Position numbers and translations under genes: made by a program. Below are positions 36,627-37,966 of a stretch of DNA of 37,966 nt, in pieces. How positions within the stretch are numbered: position 1 is the first letter of the stretch; each line of letters starts with the position of its first letter. This DNA comes from an uncultured virus (IMG/VR IMGVR_UViG_3300005080_000002). Lineage: Duplodnaviria; Heunggongvirae; Uroviricota; Caudoviricetes. The stretch is taken from the IMG/VR virus record IMGVR_UViG_3300005080_000002. One strand, given 5' to 3'. The notes beneath the pieces were generated by a model, which saw only the letters and a list, made by a program, of their open reading frames with translations, made no database searches and was not told the DNA's origin.

Positions 36627-37718
36627 ATGCAATTGCCACTGATTAACCCGGACCCGTGGGCGGAGATCAGGGAGATGCTGATTGCCGCGAATCCAAAGAT
36701 GGATTTAAACTCGGCTAAGCCTTTCCGAATCGTTGCCGGTACGGGTCGAAATACCAGACTGTTTTTGGTTGGCAATGCGGTCTTAGGTTTGGCTGGTAAA
36801 GTCTATATTGAATATGACCGCCTTAATCCGGCGGCCATCTTCAGTAAATTTGGTGATCTCACCAAACATCGCCCGATAAGACTCAATGGTCTTCCAGGTA
36901 CCGCAATGAAGATAAGCGATATCCTTACGCAGATTAATGCCTTGCTCGGCGTTAATCTCAAGATGGATGGCGACTATCGCGATATCGTAGACGGTGGCTT
37001 TACGTTACCGGCAAAGAATGCAGTTATCACGTTGGATATTATCCCATACGTATCGCCCACCGGCGAACTGCCGCTTAACCTTCGTATTGCACCCAATACC
37101 AAACTGTCGCTTAATCTGACGAATGGCGGTTCGCAGATTAAGCTTACGGATAAGGGTTTGAATCCGTTTGTTAAAGCGGATAAGACCATCAACTGGACTC
37201 TGGCTCCGCGCCAGATAACTGACCTTAGCATGTCTCGTGACCTGGCACTGTATAACCTCGACTTTAGTGATTTGTTCGGTAGTAACGGACTACTCACTAA
37301 CAGCTGTGAACCGACTCCGGTAACTCTGCAAGGTTACTATCAGTACGGTTATCGTTTCAGGCCTGAAGTTCTCGAACAGATCAACAATAAGCTGGCCAGC
37401 GTTGGTGTTGCCCCCCTCACCCCGAACCGCGTGCATTTCGTATATACCTATGCTACGCCCAACATCCTACTTACTGGCGACCATGTCTATGGTCAAGGTC
37501 GGACGTGGGCGTATACTAGCTCTTATATGGTCAGCACGCCTGGCGGCAGTATCGCCACTCGAGCGACGCCTCGCCACATTAACAAGAAGTTTAGTCGAGT
37601 ATTTAAGGTCATTCCTAACGGTTGGCCTGCCGGGGTCTCTTATGATGACTCGTCTGTCAGTTTTGATATACTGCCCGAGGCACAGCGGTTGCTGTATTTG
37701 CATTACGATCCGCTCTAA
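36627..37718 (+). CDS. Tail-fibre-like paralogue; closest to 35528-36607
   Basis: 363 aa; same N-terminal motifs; ends LYLHYD. Confidence 0.72.
   Translation: MQLPLINPDPWAEIREMLIAANPKMDLNSAKPFRIVAGTGRNTRLFLVGNAVLGLAGKVYIEYDRLNPAAIFSKFGDLTKHRPIRLNGLPGTAMKISDILTQINALLGVNLKMDGDYRDIVDGGFTLPAKNAVITLDIIPYVSPTGELPLNLRIAPNTKLSLNLTNGGSQIKLTDKGLNPFVKADKTINWTLAPRQITDLSMSRDLALYNLDFSDLFGSNGLLTNSCEPTPVTLQGYYQYGYRFRPEVLEQINNKLASVGVAPLTPNRVHFVYTYATPNILLTGDHVYGQGRTWAYTSSYMVSTPGGSIATRATPRHINKKFSRVFKVIPNGWPAGVSYDDSSVSFDILPEAQRLLYLHYDPL
37164..37198 (+). repeat. 35-bp exact direct repeat, copy 2
   Basis: Identical to 36065-36099. Confidence 0.95.
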
Positions 37719-37799
37719 TTCGTGCAGGTATATTATGTAGTAGTGTTAGCAAAATCGCACTGCTGAACGTCCGAATCCACCCACCAGAGGTCTAACTTC

Positions 37800-37966
37800 A
37801 TGGCACGTTACATTCTCGACATGACCAAAAACGACCAGCAGTCTTTCATCGAGCTGGTCAACAACGACAACGCCGCCACCATCGGCGAAGCCCTGACCCT
37901 CGAAGGCGTCAACCTGGTTAACGAGCGCCCCGTGCTCGAAGCCGAAGGCATTCCCCGTCAGTTCGC
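37800..37966 (+). CDS. Start of a further paralogue, truncated by the window end
   Basis: RBS GAGG; MARYILDMTKNDQQSFIELVNNDN resembles MAYIVDFNK...ELINYEN and MSYMVDMS...GLINQEN. Confidence 0.7.
   Translation, partial: MARYILDMTKNDQQSFIELVNNDNAATIGEALTLEGVNLVNERPVLEAEGIPRQF

Noticed and set aside
36065..37198. CRISPR array (35-bp repeat)
   Set aside because: Only two copies, 1.1 kb apart, both in frame inside paralogous coding sequences.
1..37966. Genome-wide TAG reassignment as the explanation for the amber at 23233
   Set aside because: TAG ends several genes at natural boundaries (3391, 10606, 23116, 25719, and 26180 directly before a terminator), and the other long ORFs are intact under code 11.
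27873..37966. Diversity-generating retroelement or invertase shufflon acting on the fibre array
   Set aside because: No reverse transcriptase or site-specific recombinase in the window, no template/variable pair differing only at adenines, all cassettes in the same orientation, and the repeats are direct.

Overview
A 38-kb segment of a phiKZ-like jumbo myophage (probable Chimalliviridae; no chimallin gene lies in this window, so nucleus formation is not shown). The gene order matches the phiKZ/SPN3US core. It runs: end of an internal-head gene, four virion-region genes, an accessory block (TerB-family gene, a terminator-bounded mini unit, an early operon), DnaB helicase (-), a gp119-like gene, major capsid protein (split by a 50-N gap), a gp122-like gene, the non-virion RNAP beta-N subunit, an RG-rich protein, portal (-), baseplate/tail genes and RuvC. 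A second accessory block (GNAT, HExxH peptidase) follows, then a ~10-kb tandem array of at least 12 paralogous tail-fibre-like genes. phiKZ-type early promoters (TATATTAC), candidate TATG late promoters and many tetraloop terminators are visible. The most notable observations are: (1) an in-frame UAG inside a stem-loop of a structural gene; (2) an apparent +1 frameshift at the start of the capsid gene; (3) an exact 35-bp repeat at the constant/variable junction of two fibre paralogues; (4) a covarying (T)ATAA-loop hairpin in four early leaders; (5) a structured ~95-nt unit between two terminators. Phage gp equivalences rest on synteny, size and recalled motifs; no searches were run.
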